DNA of 64,000 nt from Candidatus Bathyarchaeota archaeon (GTDB lineage Archaea; Thermoproteota; Bathyarchaeia; Bathyarchaeales; Bathycorpusculaceae): NCBI GenBank assembly GCA_963768425.1, contig CAVYHV010000010.1, positions 96,001-160,000 on the forward strand, written 5' to 3'. The notes beneath the pieces are model-generated. The model saw only the letters and a program-made list of their open reading frames with translations. It had not been told where the DNA came from and did no database searches. Made by a program: the position numbers and the translations under genes. Shown here one piece after another: positions 31,580 through 42,869 of the stretch. Position 1 is the stretch's first letter; the number at the start of each line of letters is the position of its first letter.

Positions 31580-32884
31580 GTGAACTGTTTGACTACCAAT
31601 TACGCGCCTCTGGTCGGGGACAGTTACGCTCCTGAAAAAATACGTGTAATCATTCCTGTGGGTGGAAAAGCGACAAGGCTGCTGCCTTTGACGGCTGAAA
31701 CAAGTAAAGCCTGCTTGCGTTTGCTTAACAGGCCGCTGGTTGAGTTTTCGCTGCTGTCGTTGGCAAATCAGGGGATAAGAAACTTTATCTTTGGCGTGAA
31801 AGGCTACACGAACTACCGCGACCTATATGACTACTTTGAGTCTGGGTACGGCTTCAGCGCCCGCTACAACATTAAGCCGCGGATCCACATAAAGTATCAG
31901 CCCAACGTCGATGATTTGGGAAGCGCAGATTCCGCAAGGATAAATTTAGATTACTATGAGCTCAACAACCCTGTTTTCGCAGTGCAGGGCGACAACATCT
32001 TTGACATCAATTTGAAGAGCCTCCTTGATTTCCACAAAGAGAAATGTTCAGCGTTGACAATTGTGCTTCGTGAAGTCGACAACGTTGAAGGCTTAGGCAT
32101 AGCAGACATCGACAAGAACGGACGCATTGTGCGCTTCGTCGAGAAACCTTCAGCTAAAGACGCACCCAGCAACCTTGCGAACACAGGCTTGTACGTTCTG
32201 TCGCCCGAAGTGAAAAAGATCTTCAGCGAAAAAGGAGTACAGCAAATAGTGAAGGAAAAGAACCGCTTGGATTTCGGCTACGACTTCATCCCATACGTGA
32301 TTCAAACAGGGCGCCCAGTGTTCGGTTACACGCTGCACGGCAACTGGTTTGACATCGGCACCCCAAGAAGCTATCTAGAAGCCATGAAGAAGCTTCTATA
32401 CGGCGGCTTTCCAGCGGTGAGCGACTTCGGCGGACGACTGGAAGATGGAAGCTTAGTTTGGGTGCAGGGAGAAAGCGGCGACTCAGAGAAACGTCGTCAG
32501 GAAATCATACATAAGATTAAGCAGAAGAAAATCACCCTTGAAGGCGCGGTTCTGATTGGGAGACACTGCGAGATAGATGACGGCGCAAGAATCGTGAATT
32601 CATGCATTGATAACTTTACACGAATAGGCAAAAACGCGTTGGTGGTTAACTCCTCCGTTATGGACAGGGTTATCATTGGGGAACGCGCGGAGATTCATGA
32701 CAGCATCATCGGAAGACACGTAGTTGTGAATTCAAGCCAGCGTTGCCCAACCAAAATAACCGCAATTTCAGTTGTCGCGGACGACGTTCGGCTGGAAGAA
32801 GGCTGCACGCTTGCAGCCTCAAAAATCTACCCGCACCAAACCATACGAGGAGAATTCCAGAATCAAACAATAATGGTAAACTGA
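31580..32884 (+). CDS. NDP-sugar pyrophosphorylase (mannose-1-phosphate guanylyltransferase-like)
   Basis: GGKATRLLPLT..TSK, FVEKP, WFDIGTP and a C-terminal left-handed beta-helix. Confidence 0.88.
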   Translation: MNCLTTNYAPLVGDSYAPEKIRVIIPVGGKATRLLPLTAETSKACLRLLNRPLVEFSLLSLANQGIRNFIFGVKGYTNYRDLYDYFESGYGFSARYNIKPRIHIKYQPNVDDLGSADSARINLDYYELNNPVFAVQGDNIFDINLKSLLDFHKEKCSALTIVLREVDNVEGLGIADIDKNGRIVRFVEKPSAKDAPSNLANTGLYVLSPEVKKIFSEKGVQQIVKEKNRLDFGYDFIPYVIQTGRPVFGYTLHGNWFDIGTPRSYLEAMKKLLYGGFPAVSDFGGRLEDGSLVWVQGESGDSEKRRQEIIHKIKQKKITLEGAVLIGRHCEIDDGARIVNSCIDNFTRIGKNALVVNSSVMDRVIIGERAEIHDSIIGRHVVVNSSQRCPTKITAISVVADDVRLEEGCTLAASKIYPHQTIRGEFQNQTIMVN

Positions 32885-32958
32885 CACCCGATTTCTAATT
32901 CGTTTCTTCAATTTATCGTGGTCATTTGAATAGAGAAAGTTTGAGAATAGAAATCGGA

Positions 32959-33513
32959 TTAAGCTTTGAACCACTTAAAAATTAGGTACTGTACTTTTTC
33001 CGCAGCCAAATCGGGCACCGCAATTATGAAACGTTTTCGCACTGTTGTGGCTAACCGCCCTGCCTTGACGATTTCTGTGGCTGAAAGATCTGAGCCTGAC
33101 TTCTTCACGGAGACCATGTAGGGTGCATGTTCGACGCCGGGTCCGTACTTGTAGACGGCGAAGTCGCATCCGAATTTGATGCCTGGCGTAACAATTAAGC
33201 CGCTACTTCGAAGGTCGTGGTAAACAGCGTATTTTTCCTCGAACTCATCGTAGAGCTGCTTGACCTTTTGCTTTAGCTTTTTGAGGCTGACACTGTTCTC
33301 TTCGGGTCCTTCGCAAATGACTATTTTCTTGTTTTCTAAAAGGTAGAGACCTTCCATCAAATCCAGAATCAGCGGCGCATCGAACTCGGGGATTTTCGGT
33401 TTAGCGATTCCTAGAGGTTTGCCAAAGTAGCCTGCTTTGTAGAGTTGAGAGCCTTCTTTTGAATCCCACACAACTAAGAAGTTTTCGATGAGTTCGACTT
33501 TTGTTTTTGGCAT
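32959..33513 (-). CDS. endA: tRNA-intron endonuclease, catalytic subunit
   Basis: VYHDLRSSG, GIKFGCDFAVY..GPGVEHAPY and GRLATTVRK contain the catalytic Y/H/K. Confidence 0.92.
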   Translation of the reverse strand: MPKTKVELIENFLVVWDSKEGSQLYKAGYFGKPLGIAKPKIPEFDAPLILDLMEGLYLLENKKIVICEGPEENSVSLKKLKQKVKQLYDEFEEKYAVYHDLRSSGLIVTPGIKFGCDFAVYKYGPGVEHAPYMVSVKKSGSDLSATEIVKAGRLATTVRKRFIIAVPDLAAEKVQYLIFKWFKA

Positions 33514-33527
33514 CGGATTCGGCTCTT

Positions 33528-34187
33528 CTACATGATGAAGGAAATCATCCTTGCAACGTCAGCGGCGTCTTCAGCTTTGTCAGCGGAGTTTTCCAACATT
33601 TGAAGTATATCTCTTAATAGGAGCAGCACGGGGACGTCGAGTTTGCCGTTGAGCACTTTTATAGTTAAAGCCCGGTATTGGTCGTCAACGACGCGTTCGG
33701 CGATTTCTACGTCTTTGGCTTTTTCAAGGGTTTTTTGTGAACCATAGTTTAGAACCATCATGGTCTCTCTTAGCTTAAGCACGCTATCTAAGACAGCGGA
33801 AGAGAGCTTTAGGAGGTCTTTTTTTACGTCTGAGGATATGTTCCAGTTGTGCTCCATGATTTCTACAAGGTAATATGCGATGCCTTCGCTGAAGTCAGCT
33901 ATTTCACTTGACAAATTTGTGAACCTTAAGAAGTCTTCGCGGGCAATCAAGATGGCACCTATCTCAGACAGTTCCTGAGACACCATGCGCCTCGCTTTGA
34001 CCACTTCTTCTTCGCCAACTCTAATTTCAGTGAAGAGTTTACGCACGCCTTCTTTGTCGCCGCTTGCAAAGCATTCGACAAGCTGAGGGATTTTTCTTGA
34101 GACATCGACAACCTTACGTAAGTTATCTTGGCAAGCATTGAGTGCCCGTCTCTTAACACGTTCTTCTGTTTCTGAAGGAAGTACCAA
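33528..34187 (-). CDS. DUF47/PhoU-like phosphate transport regulator
   Basis: Helical repeat with REDFL, ERVVDD and LENSADKAEDAAD. Confidence 0.8.
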   Translation of the reverse strand: MVLPSETEERVKRRALNACQDNLRKVVDVSRKIPQLVECFASGDKEGVRKLFTEIRVGEEEVVKARRMVSQELSEIGAILIAREDFLRFTNLSSEIADFSEGIAYYLVEIMEHNWNISSDVKKDLLKLSSAVLDSVLKLRETMMVLNYGSQKTLEKAKDVEIAERVVDDQYRALTIKVLNGKLDVPVLLLLRDILQMLENSADKAEDAADVARMISFIM

Positions 34188-34258
34188 TATTCCGCCCCGC
34201 GAATAATCAACCCGAATTTAAGTGTAAGTAACTTACTTTCATTAAAAAAGGTAGCTGA

Positions 34259-36032
34259 TTAACTTTCAATCGCTTTGCCCAAATCCTTGAAGTTTATTTT
34301 TCCGTGGAAGTAACTGTGAAGAAGCGTCGGCAAATCTTTGATTGGCGTTCTCACCTGCAGCCAGCTGTCCCTATCCCTGACCGTTACTGTTTCGTCTCTG
34401 AGGGTATCGTAATCGATAGTCACTCCCAACTGTACGCCTGCTTCGTCAGCCCTTGCATAGCGTCTGCCAATAGAGCCTGCCTCATCTAACTCAGTCATTA
34501 AGCCCTCGTTCGCCAACTGCCTCTGCACTTGAACGGCTTTCGTATCCAAACCATCCTTGCTCATCAACGGGTAAACCCCAACTTGAATTGGCGCAATAGA
34601 TCTTGGGAAACTCATGACGACCCTGTCTTCTTTTAAGCCATAAGCGTACTCCAATGCAACGTAGAAGAGCCTGTCTGAGCCGAAGCTGGGTTCCACGACA
34701 TGGGGTATGAAGCGTGTGCCGCGGACAATTGTCTTTTGCACGCTAACGTCGACTTGGTCGGGTTTGATTTCATAGTTTTCAACTACGTAGAAGCTCTGCT
34801 GCTTCATAGCGTCAGCAACCTCCTGAGCAGGTGCTTTAGCAAGTAGCACCGCAACCTTTGCGGCTTCTCCCTTGTAGACGGGCCCGAGTTTAGCCATTAT
34901 AGGTTTGACGGTGAGCATTTCCTTTTCAACGGGACTATCATATTCTTTGTAAACGGTCATGTCTACTCCGCTTGCTTGCATGTGGCATTTTAAGTCATAG
35001 TCTGTTCTGTAAGCATGTCCAGAGACTTCTACCCAGCCCCAACGGTCAACCAACACCTCCTGATCGAAGCTTTGGCTTGAATAATGCGCTTTTTCCCAAG
35101 TTAATTTCTCGATGAACCGCTGCTTCTCCGCTGGAACGCCAAGGTCCACCAAGAGCCTTTTCGCTAATGCCATGAAAAATGCTTGCCATTCGGAAAGGAT
35201 TACGTTGCGATCAAGCGCCTCCTTAACGGTAAGGTTTGTTGTGTCTTCGCATTCTTTGAGCCTCGTTTCACAAAGCAGAATGGGCAACACTTCTTTTTCC
35301 ACCTCTGCGAGCAAATCGCAAGCGGGTTCTTCAGGGTCAAAGAAAAACTCCAAGTCTGAAATCGTGAATTCCCTGAGCCTAATCAAACCTTGCCTAGGCG
35401 AAATCTCGTTGCGCAAAGCGTGACCGATCTGCACAACTCCGAAAGGAAGCTTTTCCCGTGCACCTGTGTAGAGACGGTTGAACTCGACGAAGATATTCTG
35501 TGCCGCTTCAGGCCTGTCCATAGCCAACAGCGCCCGAATATGGACCAATAGTGGTTTCAAACATTGTCAAGTAACGTTGAGGTAAGCCGAATTTGCCGCC
35601 GCAGTCGGGACAAACGACGCCGTGCCGTTCGATCTCTTCGCCAATCTCTCCCAAAGTCATTTTTTCTGCTTCGGCTGAACTAATGCCTTTTTCTTCAAGT
35701 AAATGGTCAGCTCGGAAACGCGTGTGACAATTTTGGCACTCAACCATCGGTTCCTTGAAATGGTCCACATGACCCGATGCCTCAAAGACTTTAGCTGGTG
35801 CGATTACGGATGACTCCATTTCGTAAATGCCGATTTTTTTAACCAAAACCTCCCGAAGCTTAGCTTCAATGTTTTGTTTCAGTCTTGCGCCTAGCGGACC
35901 GTAAGTTACAAATCCACCACTGCCGCCGTAAATTTCAAATGAAGGCCAGAAAAATCCTCTGCGACGTGCCAACTCGTTTATAGCCGTGAACTTGTCGCAT
36001 TCTATTTTTGAACATCTTGCTTCGCTGGTCAA
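34259..36032 (-). CDS. glyS: Glycine--tRNA ligase (frameshift near 35515)
   Basis: RRRGFFWPSFEIYGG, ASGHVDHF, RPEAAQ, RNEISPRQGLIRLREF, EPSFGSDR and SIGRRYARADE. Confidence 0.95.
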
Positions 36033-36163
36033 TTGTCTTTACCTTTTTTAGGTTTAGCATCAAAGGTAGATTAAGGTTACTAAAGAATTAACATTTTTCT
36101 TCAACTGCGGAAACGCTTAAAACCATCCTTTCATATTTAGCGATTGAACAGGAGAAACACATT

Positions 36164-37540
36164 TTGAGTTCATCAGATAAACGTAAACCAACCGTGGAAG
36201 AGTTGCTTGCGAAAGCCAAAAAACCCGCGCAATTATCTTCGCCGATGCACAGGTTCTACGAGGGAAAAATGCAGGTCATCCCAAAATGTGCTATTCGAAG
36301 CGTTGACGACTTCGCAGTTTGGTATACTCCTGGTGTAGCTTCGCCATGCAGGGAAATTCAAGCTGACCCAGACAAATCCTTTGAATTAACCAACCGATGG
36401 AATTCTGTAGCTGTGGTTTCGGATGGAACGCGCGTTTTAGGCTTAGGCGATATTGGTCCTGAAGCCGCGTTGCCTGTTATGGAGGGAAAAGCGCTGCTTT
36501 TCAAGTACCTAGGGGGGGTTGACGCGTTTCCAATTTGCCTGAGAACAAAAGATCCCGACGAAATAGTCAAGATATGCAAGGCCTTGGAACCGTCTTTTGG
36601 TGGCATCAACCTTGAAGATATTGAGAAACCTAAGTGCTTCCATGTTCTTGAAAGCGCCTGCGAACAACTCAAAATTCCAGTTTGGCATGACGACCAGCAG
36701 GGTACCGCCACGGTTATTTTGGCGGGGCTAATTAACGCATTCAAAATTGTCGGCAAAAAACCGCGGGAAAGCCTAGTTACCCTAGTGGGTTCTGGAGCAG
36801 CAAACATTCGGACGGCTTATGTGCTTATGCAGTGGGGAGTCAAACCCGGCAATATCATACTTGCTGACAGCAAAGGCGTTGTAGATAAAACCAGAAACGA
36901 CATCAAAAAAGAAGAAGACCCTTGGAAATATGATGTGACTCAGAAAACCAACGCTGAAGGCAGAGGCGGCGGCATCGAGGAAGCGTTCAAAGGTGTTGAC
37001 GCAGTGGTTGCAGCTTCAAAACCAGGACCTGGAACAATCAAGAAGGAATGGGTTAAATCCATGGCTCAAAACGCAATAATCTTTGCTTGTGCGAACCCGA
37101 TACCTGAAATTTGGCCATGGGATGCTGAGGAAGCAGGCGCACGAATCGTGGCCACGGGCAGAAGCGACTTTCCAAATCAGGTAAACAACAGCTTAGGGTT
37201 TCCAGCCATCTTCAGAGGTGTATTGGACGTGAAATCCAAGCGTGTTACGGACAATATGTGTATAGCCGCTGCTCAGGAATTGGCAGACTACGCTGAAGAA
37301 CGGGGAATTAGCGAGACGGACATTTTGCCGAAGATGGATGAGTGGGAAGTTTTCCCGCGGGAAGCAGTTGCCTGCGCGCTCAAGTCAATCGAGGACGGCG
37401 TCGCAAGAATCAAACCCTCAAGGCAAGAACTGCTTGATCGAGCAACATTCATAATCCAAAACGCTAGGCAATCAACCGAACTCCTGATGAAGCACGGATT
37501 AATCAAACGACCGCCAAAAGAAAGCGAACTTCTCAAATAA
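36164..37540 (+). CDS. NAD(P)-dependent malic enzyme
   Basis: YTPGVA, DGTRVLGLGDIG, INLEDI, HDDQQGTA and ATGRSDFPNQVNN. Confidence 0.95.
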   Translation: MSSSDKRKPTVEELLAKAKKPAQLSSPMHRFYEGKMQVIPKCAIRSVDDFAVWYTPGVASPCREIQADPDKSFELTNRWNSVAVVSDGTRVLGLGDIGPEAALPVMEGKALLFKYLGGVDAFPICLRTKDPDEIVKICKALEPSFGGINLEDIEKPKCFHVLESACEQLKIPVWHDDQQGTATVILAGLINAFKIVGKKPRESLVTLVGSGAANIRTAYVLMQWGVKPGNIILADSKGVVDKTRNDIKKEEDPWKYDVTQKTNAEGRGGGIEEAFKGVDAVVAASKPGPGTIKKEWVKSMAQNAIIFACANPIPEIWPWDAEEAGARIVATGRSDFPNQVNNSLGFPAIFRGVLDVKSKRVTDNMCIAAAQELADYAEERGISETDILPKMDEWEVFPREAVACALKSIEDGVARIKPSRQELLDRATFIIQNARQSTELLMKHGLIKRPPKESELLK

Positions 37541-37706
37541 TGTTGCTGGGAAATTTCTTCATTATTTGCAATCCAATTTAGTGGCACTGAAAAAAAGGCT
37601 TCCACAAAAATCTGAAGTCCGCCATGATGAGTCGATCAAGAAATTCTATAAAAAGTTCATAGCTATTGCTGCATGGGTTTGTTTTTCTACGAAAAATAAA
37701 AAATGA

Positions 37707-37976
37707 TTAGAGAGGCGTTATTCTAACGATGTTTCTTTTTTCAAGTCTTCGCAAAGCATCTAAGCATTCGTCTTTTTTCTCACCGGTGATGTTGAGGCTT
37801 AGCATAATTTCTTTAACTGAGACCTCTGTTTTCCCAAAGTTTTGGACGCGTTTGTGAAGGTGTTGCACAATGGATTTTTCAAGTTTACCGCATCGCCAAG
37901 TGCTGTTGCGAATCAAAATAACGATGGTGCGAACAAGCGTCTGCTCATTTGACTTTCTCCCCCGAGACTCTCCCAT
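37707..37976 (-). CDS. Small basic winged-helix-like hypothetical protein
   Basis: Ends DALRRLEKRNIVRI. Start is uncertain. Confidence 0.55.
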   Translation of the reverse strand: MGESRGRKSNEQTLVRTIVILIRNSTWRCGKLEKSIVQHLHKRVQNFGKTEVSVKEIMLSLNITGEKKDECLDALRRLEKRNIVRITPL

Positions 37977-38065
37977 CAGTCCACCACTCTTTAACACCGC
38001 ATCAGGATATTTAACCATATCCTTAAAGAACAAATAGGCGGTCATTTAAGCTTGAAGGACGCTTT

Positions 38066-38515
38066 CTAAAGAGTTTTTTTCAAAAATAACCCATGTTTGC
38101 TGCCGTAATATTTTTCTAAAACGGCGACTTTCTGATAGCCGTTGGTTAAGTATAGTTTCAATGCTGCGTGGTTGTCTTCTCGAACTTCCAAGTGGCATTC
38201 GTTTATGCCTTTTTCCTTTAGAATCTTCTCCATTTCCTTTAGCATTTGTGTCCCTACGCCTTTTCGCCTACAAGAAGGCACAACATTTATTGTGATTATA
38301 TGACCGTAGGTCGTGTTGTTTTCAATTTCAACCTGCGAAATTATGAATCCGGCGACTGCATTGTCCGTTTTAGCTACTAACCCAATAGAGTTGTAGTCGG
38401 TTAGCAGGTAGGCTAATTGCCGTTTTGTGAAGGCTTCTTGGTCAAAGCATTGATTTTCGATTTCGGAGAATTTATCCAGCAACCGAATGGAGGCTGTTTC
38501 AATTTTAATTTCCAT
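38066..38515 (-). CDS. rimI: RimI-like GNAT N-acetyltransferase
   Basis: RRKGVG, LEVREDN..ALKLY...GY and KYY. Confidence 0.85.
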   Translation of the reverse strand: MEIKIETASIRLLDKFSEIENQCFDQEAFTKRQLAYLLTDYNSIGLVAKTDNAVAGFIISQVEIENNTTYGHIITINVVPSCRRKGVGTQMLKEMEKILKEKGINECHLEVREDNHAALKLYLTNGYQKVAVLEKYYGSKHGLFLKKTL

Positions 38516-38534
38516 TTTACTGTCTTAGGAATTA

Positions 38535-39614
38535 TTAAAGCGGACGGTCAATTTTAATTTTTTCAGTATTCACCGAATTCGATAAAGCAGGTTTAAGTTC
38601 AAGCCATTGTTGTGCTCCAAAGCCTATGATGAAAAATAGCCACAGCGTTATTATTCTTGTCAGTATGGTAGCTGTTGCAGCCAAAGCTCCAGGGATACCC
38701 ATGGAAATGTAGAGAGTAGTCATCACTGCTTCTGGAAGACCTACCTCAAAAGGTATACCCACAGGGATTGACTTAACTGCAAGAAATATGGCTGAAGTCA
38801 CAATTATTATACTTATTGAAACTGGATGATCCAGCGATATGAAGACAAGGTAAGGGATGCTGAGACTAAAAAACCAGGAAATAATCAAGTAGGACAACGA
38901 AAAAGCGACAGCTTTAGGGGTATGGCGGAACTCCTTAATTGAATCGTGAAAATGCGCTGCAATTTCGACGCCTTCCTCTTTCAATTTTTCAAGTTTTATT
39001 CTTCCACGGCTGATTTTCCGCGCAAAGTCTGACACCCAATTTATCCCTTTTAAAGTCCAATCCTGCTTGAAAGACAAAAACGCCATCAGGAACAGGATGC
39101 CCACGATTACAACTGCGACCAAAATGATCAAATTAAAGACAAGAGGGTTAACGTTGCCGCCGAATGAAAGCAAAACTAAACCTGCTATTAACGCAATAGC
39201 ATTTAGTGCAGTGCCAAGGAACCTGTGAGTGTAGAGTGACGCTACAACTTTTCCGAATGGACCGCAGTTATCTCTAGTGAGCAGATATGTTCGGGTTACT
39301 TCTCCACTAATTGACTGGGCGGGAACGATTGTGTCAACGTACATTCCATACCAGACATACAGGTAAGCTCGAATCAAACTCATTTTGATACAAAGATGAT
39401 TAGTCAAAACTCGCCAAGAAACGGTAAAAAACAGCACTTGAAGCAACCCGAACAATATGGCTATTGAGTAAATAAGAGGGTCTGCCTTTTCTGCAGTAGC
39501 GAATATGCCGCTAACATCTACCTTGAAGAGGTAAATATAAAGAAAAAAGCCGATAATTCCTAAGAGAGGAAAAAACGCCATTTTCCACGTAAACTTCGGC
39601 TTTGGAATCTGCAT
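38535..39614 (-). CDS. Flippase-like (UPF0104/LPG synthase TM) membrane protein
   Basis: Multi-TM protein with IVPAQSISGE and GLPEAVM...LTRIITLW. Confidence 0.8.
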   Translation of the reverse strand: MQIPKPKFTWKMAFFPLLGIIGFFLYIYLFKVDVSGIFATAEKADPLIYSIAILFGLLQVLFFTVSWRVLTNHLCIKMSLIRAYLYVWYGMYVDTIVPAQSISGEVTRTYLLTRDNCGPFGKVVASLYTHRFLGTALNAIALIAGLVLLSFGGNVNPLVFNLIILVAVVIVGILFLMAFLSFKQDWTLKGINWVSDFARKISRGRIKLEKLKEEGVEIAAHFHDSIKEFRHTPKAVAFSLSYLIISWFFSLSIPYLVFISLDHPVSISIIIVTSAIFLAVKSIPVGIPFEVGLPEAVMTTLYISMGIPGALAATATILTRIITLWLFFIIGFGAQQWLELKPALSNSVNTEKIKIDRPL

Positions 39615-39863
39615 TGGCCTGCTGCACCCTAAAGTAAACCGTGAGATGTGGAACTATTATTATATACTTTGCTCAAATCCAAGCCTATAATCCTTAATAC
39701 CGTAAGCGCTTAAAAGCAGTTAGAAGCTCCGCCCTTCAGTTTCAGAACAACCTTTTGAGATTTCATTATTAGATTTCGCGAAGAAATGTAGCTGCGCGAG
39801 CAACAAAACTAAAGGATAAAAAGGTCAAAAAAGAGTTAGATTTGTTTTCTAACATTGAAAAGC

Positions 39864-40433
39864 TTAGTATCTCGGTCTGTAACCGCCGCCACCGCGACGA
39901 TCCCGGTTGTCGCCTCTGTCTCTTCCGCCGTATCCGCCGCCACCGCCACCGTAACCTCCGCGTCCTCTGTCGCCGCCACCGTATCCGCCTCTTCCGCCGC
40001 CTCTGCCTCTGAATGGTCTACGTTCCTGCTCATATGCTTTGCTTGACACGTTGTTTTCCGTGTTTACCTCTACGCTTAGAGGTTCTTTTGCTAATTCTAG
40101 CTTGCCGTACTTGCCGATGTTCAGGCGAATGTTGCCTTTGAAAAGGGTCACATACCCGTTTTCTACGCGAACTGTGTCTGCTTCGTTTATCTTTTCAATG
40201 TTGTCGTCCCAAAGTGTCAGGTACACAACGCCCGTTTCGTCACCGACCAGCGCGTCGCTCACCTTATGTGGCGAGCCGTCTCTGCCCATTGGAATTTCTC
40301 TGACTTCTGTTTTAGATACAACTTTGGCCGTAACGTTAACCGCTTTAGATTGTGGGGTTAAGTCGCCGACTTTAGCTTCTACTGGTGTCTTTTTGTTTTC
40401 GAAAAAACCTTCAACAGCCAATTGGTTCAACAT
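39864..40433 (-). CDS. ssb: Single-OB-fold ssDNA-binding protein with Gly/Arg-rich tail
   Basis: VGDETGVVYLTLWD and LNIGKYG, followed by RGG/YGGG repeats. Confidence 0.88.
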   Translation of the reverse strand: MLNQLAVEGFFENKKTPVEAKVGDLTPQSKAVNVTAKVVSKTEVREIPMGRDGSPHKVSDALVGDETGVVYLTLWDDNIEKINEADTVRVENGYVTLFKGNIRLNIGKYGKLELAKEPLSVEVNTENNVSSKAYEQERRPFRGRGGGRGGYGGGDRGRGGYGGGGGGYGGRDRGDNRDRRGGGGYRPRY

Positions 40434-40664
40434 CCATGTATTTTGGTTCTAAAACAAAACAACAAGCTCTCTACACTTAAGTTTTTCGCTTTACCAATCT
40501 TGTAGACCATCTCCCCAAAGACTTTTAGCACCGTCATTTATGATCCAGAGCGACGTGCTCGAAGGCGGCGTTATGAGTTTATTCATATTACAAAGAAATA
40601 CTTAGGCATAAGAATTAAACCGACAGACCTCTTCGAAAAAAAAGAAAAAAGAGAAGATTTTAGT

Positions 40665-41045
40665 TTACCCTATATTCCATCTCTTAGCTACCTTCACTAT
40701 GAGGAACACGATAAGGGCCACAAAGATGAACGTAATTAGCGCCACCAAAAAGTCACCTATTCCAAACGACTGCTTCGTAACCGTGACTGCGTATGTAGCC
40801 AAGTTTGACATGCCGGGAATAGCTAAACCCAAGAGAGGAATAATGAAGTCTGAGACAACCGCTTTAACAACAGCACCAAGATACAAACCTAAAACGAAAG
40901 CAACAGCTAAACCAAGAACTTTGTACGATGATAGGAAGTCTTTGAATTCGTTCCATAATCCTTTGGGCGGTGTTGGCGGCGGAGCTTTTTCTAGAGCTTC
41001 TCTAATTTTCTTCAACTCTTCCAGAATTTGGTCTTCATTGTCCAT
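40665..41045 (-). CDS. mscL: Large-conductance mechanosensitive channel
   Basis: EFKDFL...VLGLAVAFVLG...VSDFIIP...GDFLVALITF. Confidence 0.88.
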   Translation of the reverse strand: MDNEDQILEELKKIREALEKAPPPTPPKGLWNEFKDFLSSYKVLGLAVAFVLGLYLGAVVKAVVSDFIIPLLGLAIPGMSNLATYAVTVTKQSFGIGDFLVALITFIFVALIVFLIVKVAKRWNIG

Positions 41046-41523
41046 TCTGATTACCGAGCGTTAATATGTCCAAGTTTGTTTTAATAACTTTCTGTTCCAG
41101 CGAAACAGTTCTCCGTTTGCATGAAAGTTAACAAAGAATTGCAGAAACTTCACAAAAATTCGCGAATAATTCTCACACTTCTATTACGTTGCAGGTTTCG
41201 TATGACGTCATCCGCCCCGCAGCTCATTCGTTGAGTCTCTCGCGCGATCTATCCGAAGAAAGAACTTGATGAATTATTTTTGCAAGCGAAAATATACATT
41301 AGGCTTACTTTTAATGTTTGAAGTTATATTTTTTAATAAAAAAGAAGGACAAAATAAGGACGTTCTCTGGAGTTAGCTTAAAGTCCCGTAGTACTAAATA
41401 AGCGCCAAAGGTCCCCTCCCTCTTATCACATACCTAAATACAGGAATGAGCCAAGTCTAACTATAACTGAGTTTTGAATCAAGCCTAAAACAACTTTTAA
41501 CTGCACCAAGAACAAGGCAATAT

Positions 41524-41640
41524 TTAGATGCTGTGTTCCCATATTTTGCCGTTATGGACCTCTTGTCGGTGAACCCATAGTTCTCGGGGGTTGGGGCAGC
41601 CTTGTTTGCATACTGGACACTTGAATTCTTGATTCTGCAT
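41524..41640 (-). CDS. 38-aa C2H2 zinc-finger microprotein
   Basis: MQNQEFKCPVCKQGCPNPRELWVHRQEVH matches CxxC-x12-HxxxxH. Confidence 0.65.
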   Translation of the reverse strand: MQNQEFKCPVCKQGCPNPRELWVHRQEVHNGKIWEHSI

Positions 41641-41865
41641 TATCAAAACCTTAACCGTTACTATCGATTGACCCAGTATATTAAACAATGTGACTGTACC
41701 GATACTATAGCAAGCTACCAAGCACTGCTAAGCTTAACACGCTAAGAAGCAAAAACAAACCTACTTTTTGCTTTGGAACGCTGAATTTCCATATTTCAGC
41801 TGCAGTTGGGCATTCAATTCTTGAAATCATCCAAGTGTACTTATCAGGGAAACATCGATGCTTGT

Positions 41866-42057
41866 TTATTTTCTAATTATGCGATTGGCCCCGATTGCCA
41901 AGATGCGTGCGTTTTCAGCAGCTTTCTTTTTTGTCTTACACTGTGGGTATATAATGCAGCTTTCGCAGCATGGCGAGTTGCTTTTGGTTTGGCAATCCAA
42001 GATTATAGTTTGATCCATTATGTCCATGATTATTCTATCTCTCAGCGGGTTTCCCAC
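41866..42057 (-). CDS. Small Cys-rich protein
   Basis: C-x7-CCxxC-x5-C. Start is uncertain. Confidence 0.45.
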   Translation of the reverse strand: MGNPLRDRIIMDIMDQTIILDCQTKSNSPCCESCIIYPQCKTKKKAAENARILAIGANRIIRK

Positions 42058-42235
42058 AATATTATATACTAATATACCAGATAGTATTTAAATGTCCATA
42101 TTTAAAAGTATCGACTGCACACTCACCTAAAAAACAAAATCAATGTATAAGATTATCTCAGTCGAGGAAAATTGGCAATCTTCGGATCAAAAATCAGGAA
42201 TAGCTCCGAAACATAAAAATGATGACTTCAAGACG

Positions 42236-42586
42236 TTAAGCTTGCGTTTCAACATACTCTTTCAAAGCTGTTGCACTGTTGAGTTTTTCTTCCTTAGATC
42301 CGAAAAGAAAAGTGACTTTCCGCCTTTTCGATTCTTCCGACAACTTCAAAACAAGATCTTTGTGCTTATCCAATTCAGCCCAATAGCGTTTTTTGAATTC
42401 AACCCATTTCGGTGTGTCATGGTTGTACCACTTTCTAAGTTCCGCGCTTGGGGCAACCTCTCTTATCCACTCGTCAACTTTCGCGTTTTCCTTTTTTAGC
42501 CCTCTTGGCGAAAGACGCTCAACTAAAATACGCTTGCCATCTTCTGCACAGGGTTTCTCATAAGCGCGCTTCAACAAAATGGGCAC
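42236..42586 (-). CDS. DUF488/YeaO-family protein
   Basis: KRAYE...DGKRILVERL.PRGLKKE...VAPSAELRKWY. Confidence 0.9.
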   Translation of the reverse strand: MPILLKRAYEKPCAEDGKRILVERLSPRGLKKENAKVDEWIREVAPSAELRKWYNHDTPKWVEFKKRYWAELDKHKDLVLKLSEESKRRKVTFLFGSKEEKLNSATALKEYVETQA

Positions 42587-42626
42587 ACTATTTTCCTCTT
42601 TTTTGGTGCTTAAGACTTGAAATGGA

Positions 42627-42869
42627 TCAAGTTCCAGTTAGGATGCCGACTACTTTCATCCGTTCAATAGCTTCTTCACCGTGAGGAGCAATCTCTAGGG
42701 CCATCGTTAAATCCTGACCCGCCTCATGCCCCAAATGGTCACCGTCCAACCATTGAAGAGAATCCGTTACATCATACACTTTGCCTTTGTACCCGATGTA
42801 TGCAGGATGGCCGTTTTTTCCGTTAAATTTGCTGAGGTCATCCATGCTGAATGTCTGCTGCTTCTCCAA
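42627..42869 (-). CDS. Cytochrome b5-like heme/steroid-binding protein
   Basis: NGKNG.PAYIGYKGKVYDVT, HEAGQDLT and APHG. Confidence 0.9.
   Translation of the reverse strand: MEKQQTFSMDDLSKFNGKNGHPAYIGYKGKVYDVTDSLQWLDGDHLGHEAGQDLTMALEIAPHGEEAIERMKVVGILTGT

Noticed and set aside
39870-40010. GC-rich CCGCCG low-complexity tract
   Set aside because: It encodes the Gly/Arg tail of SSB on the minus strand.
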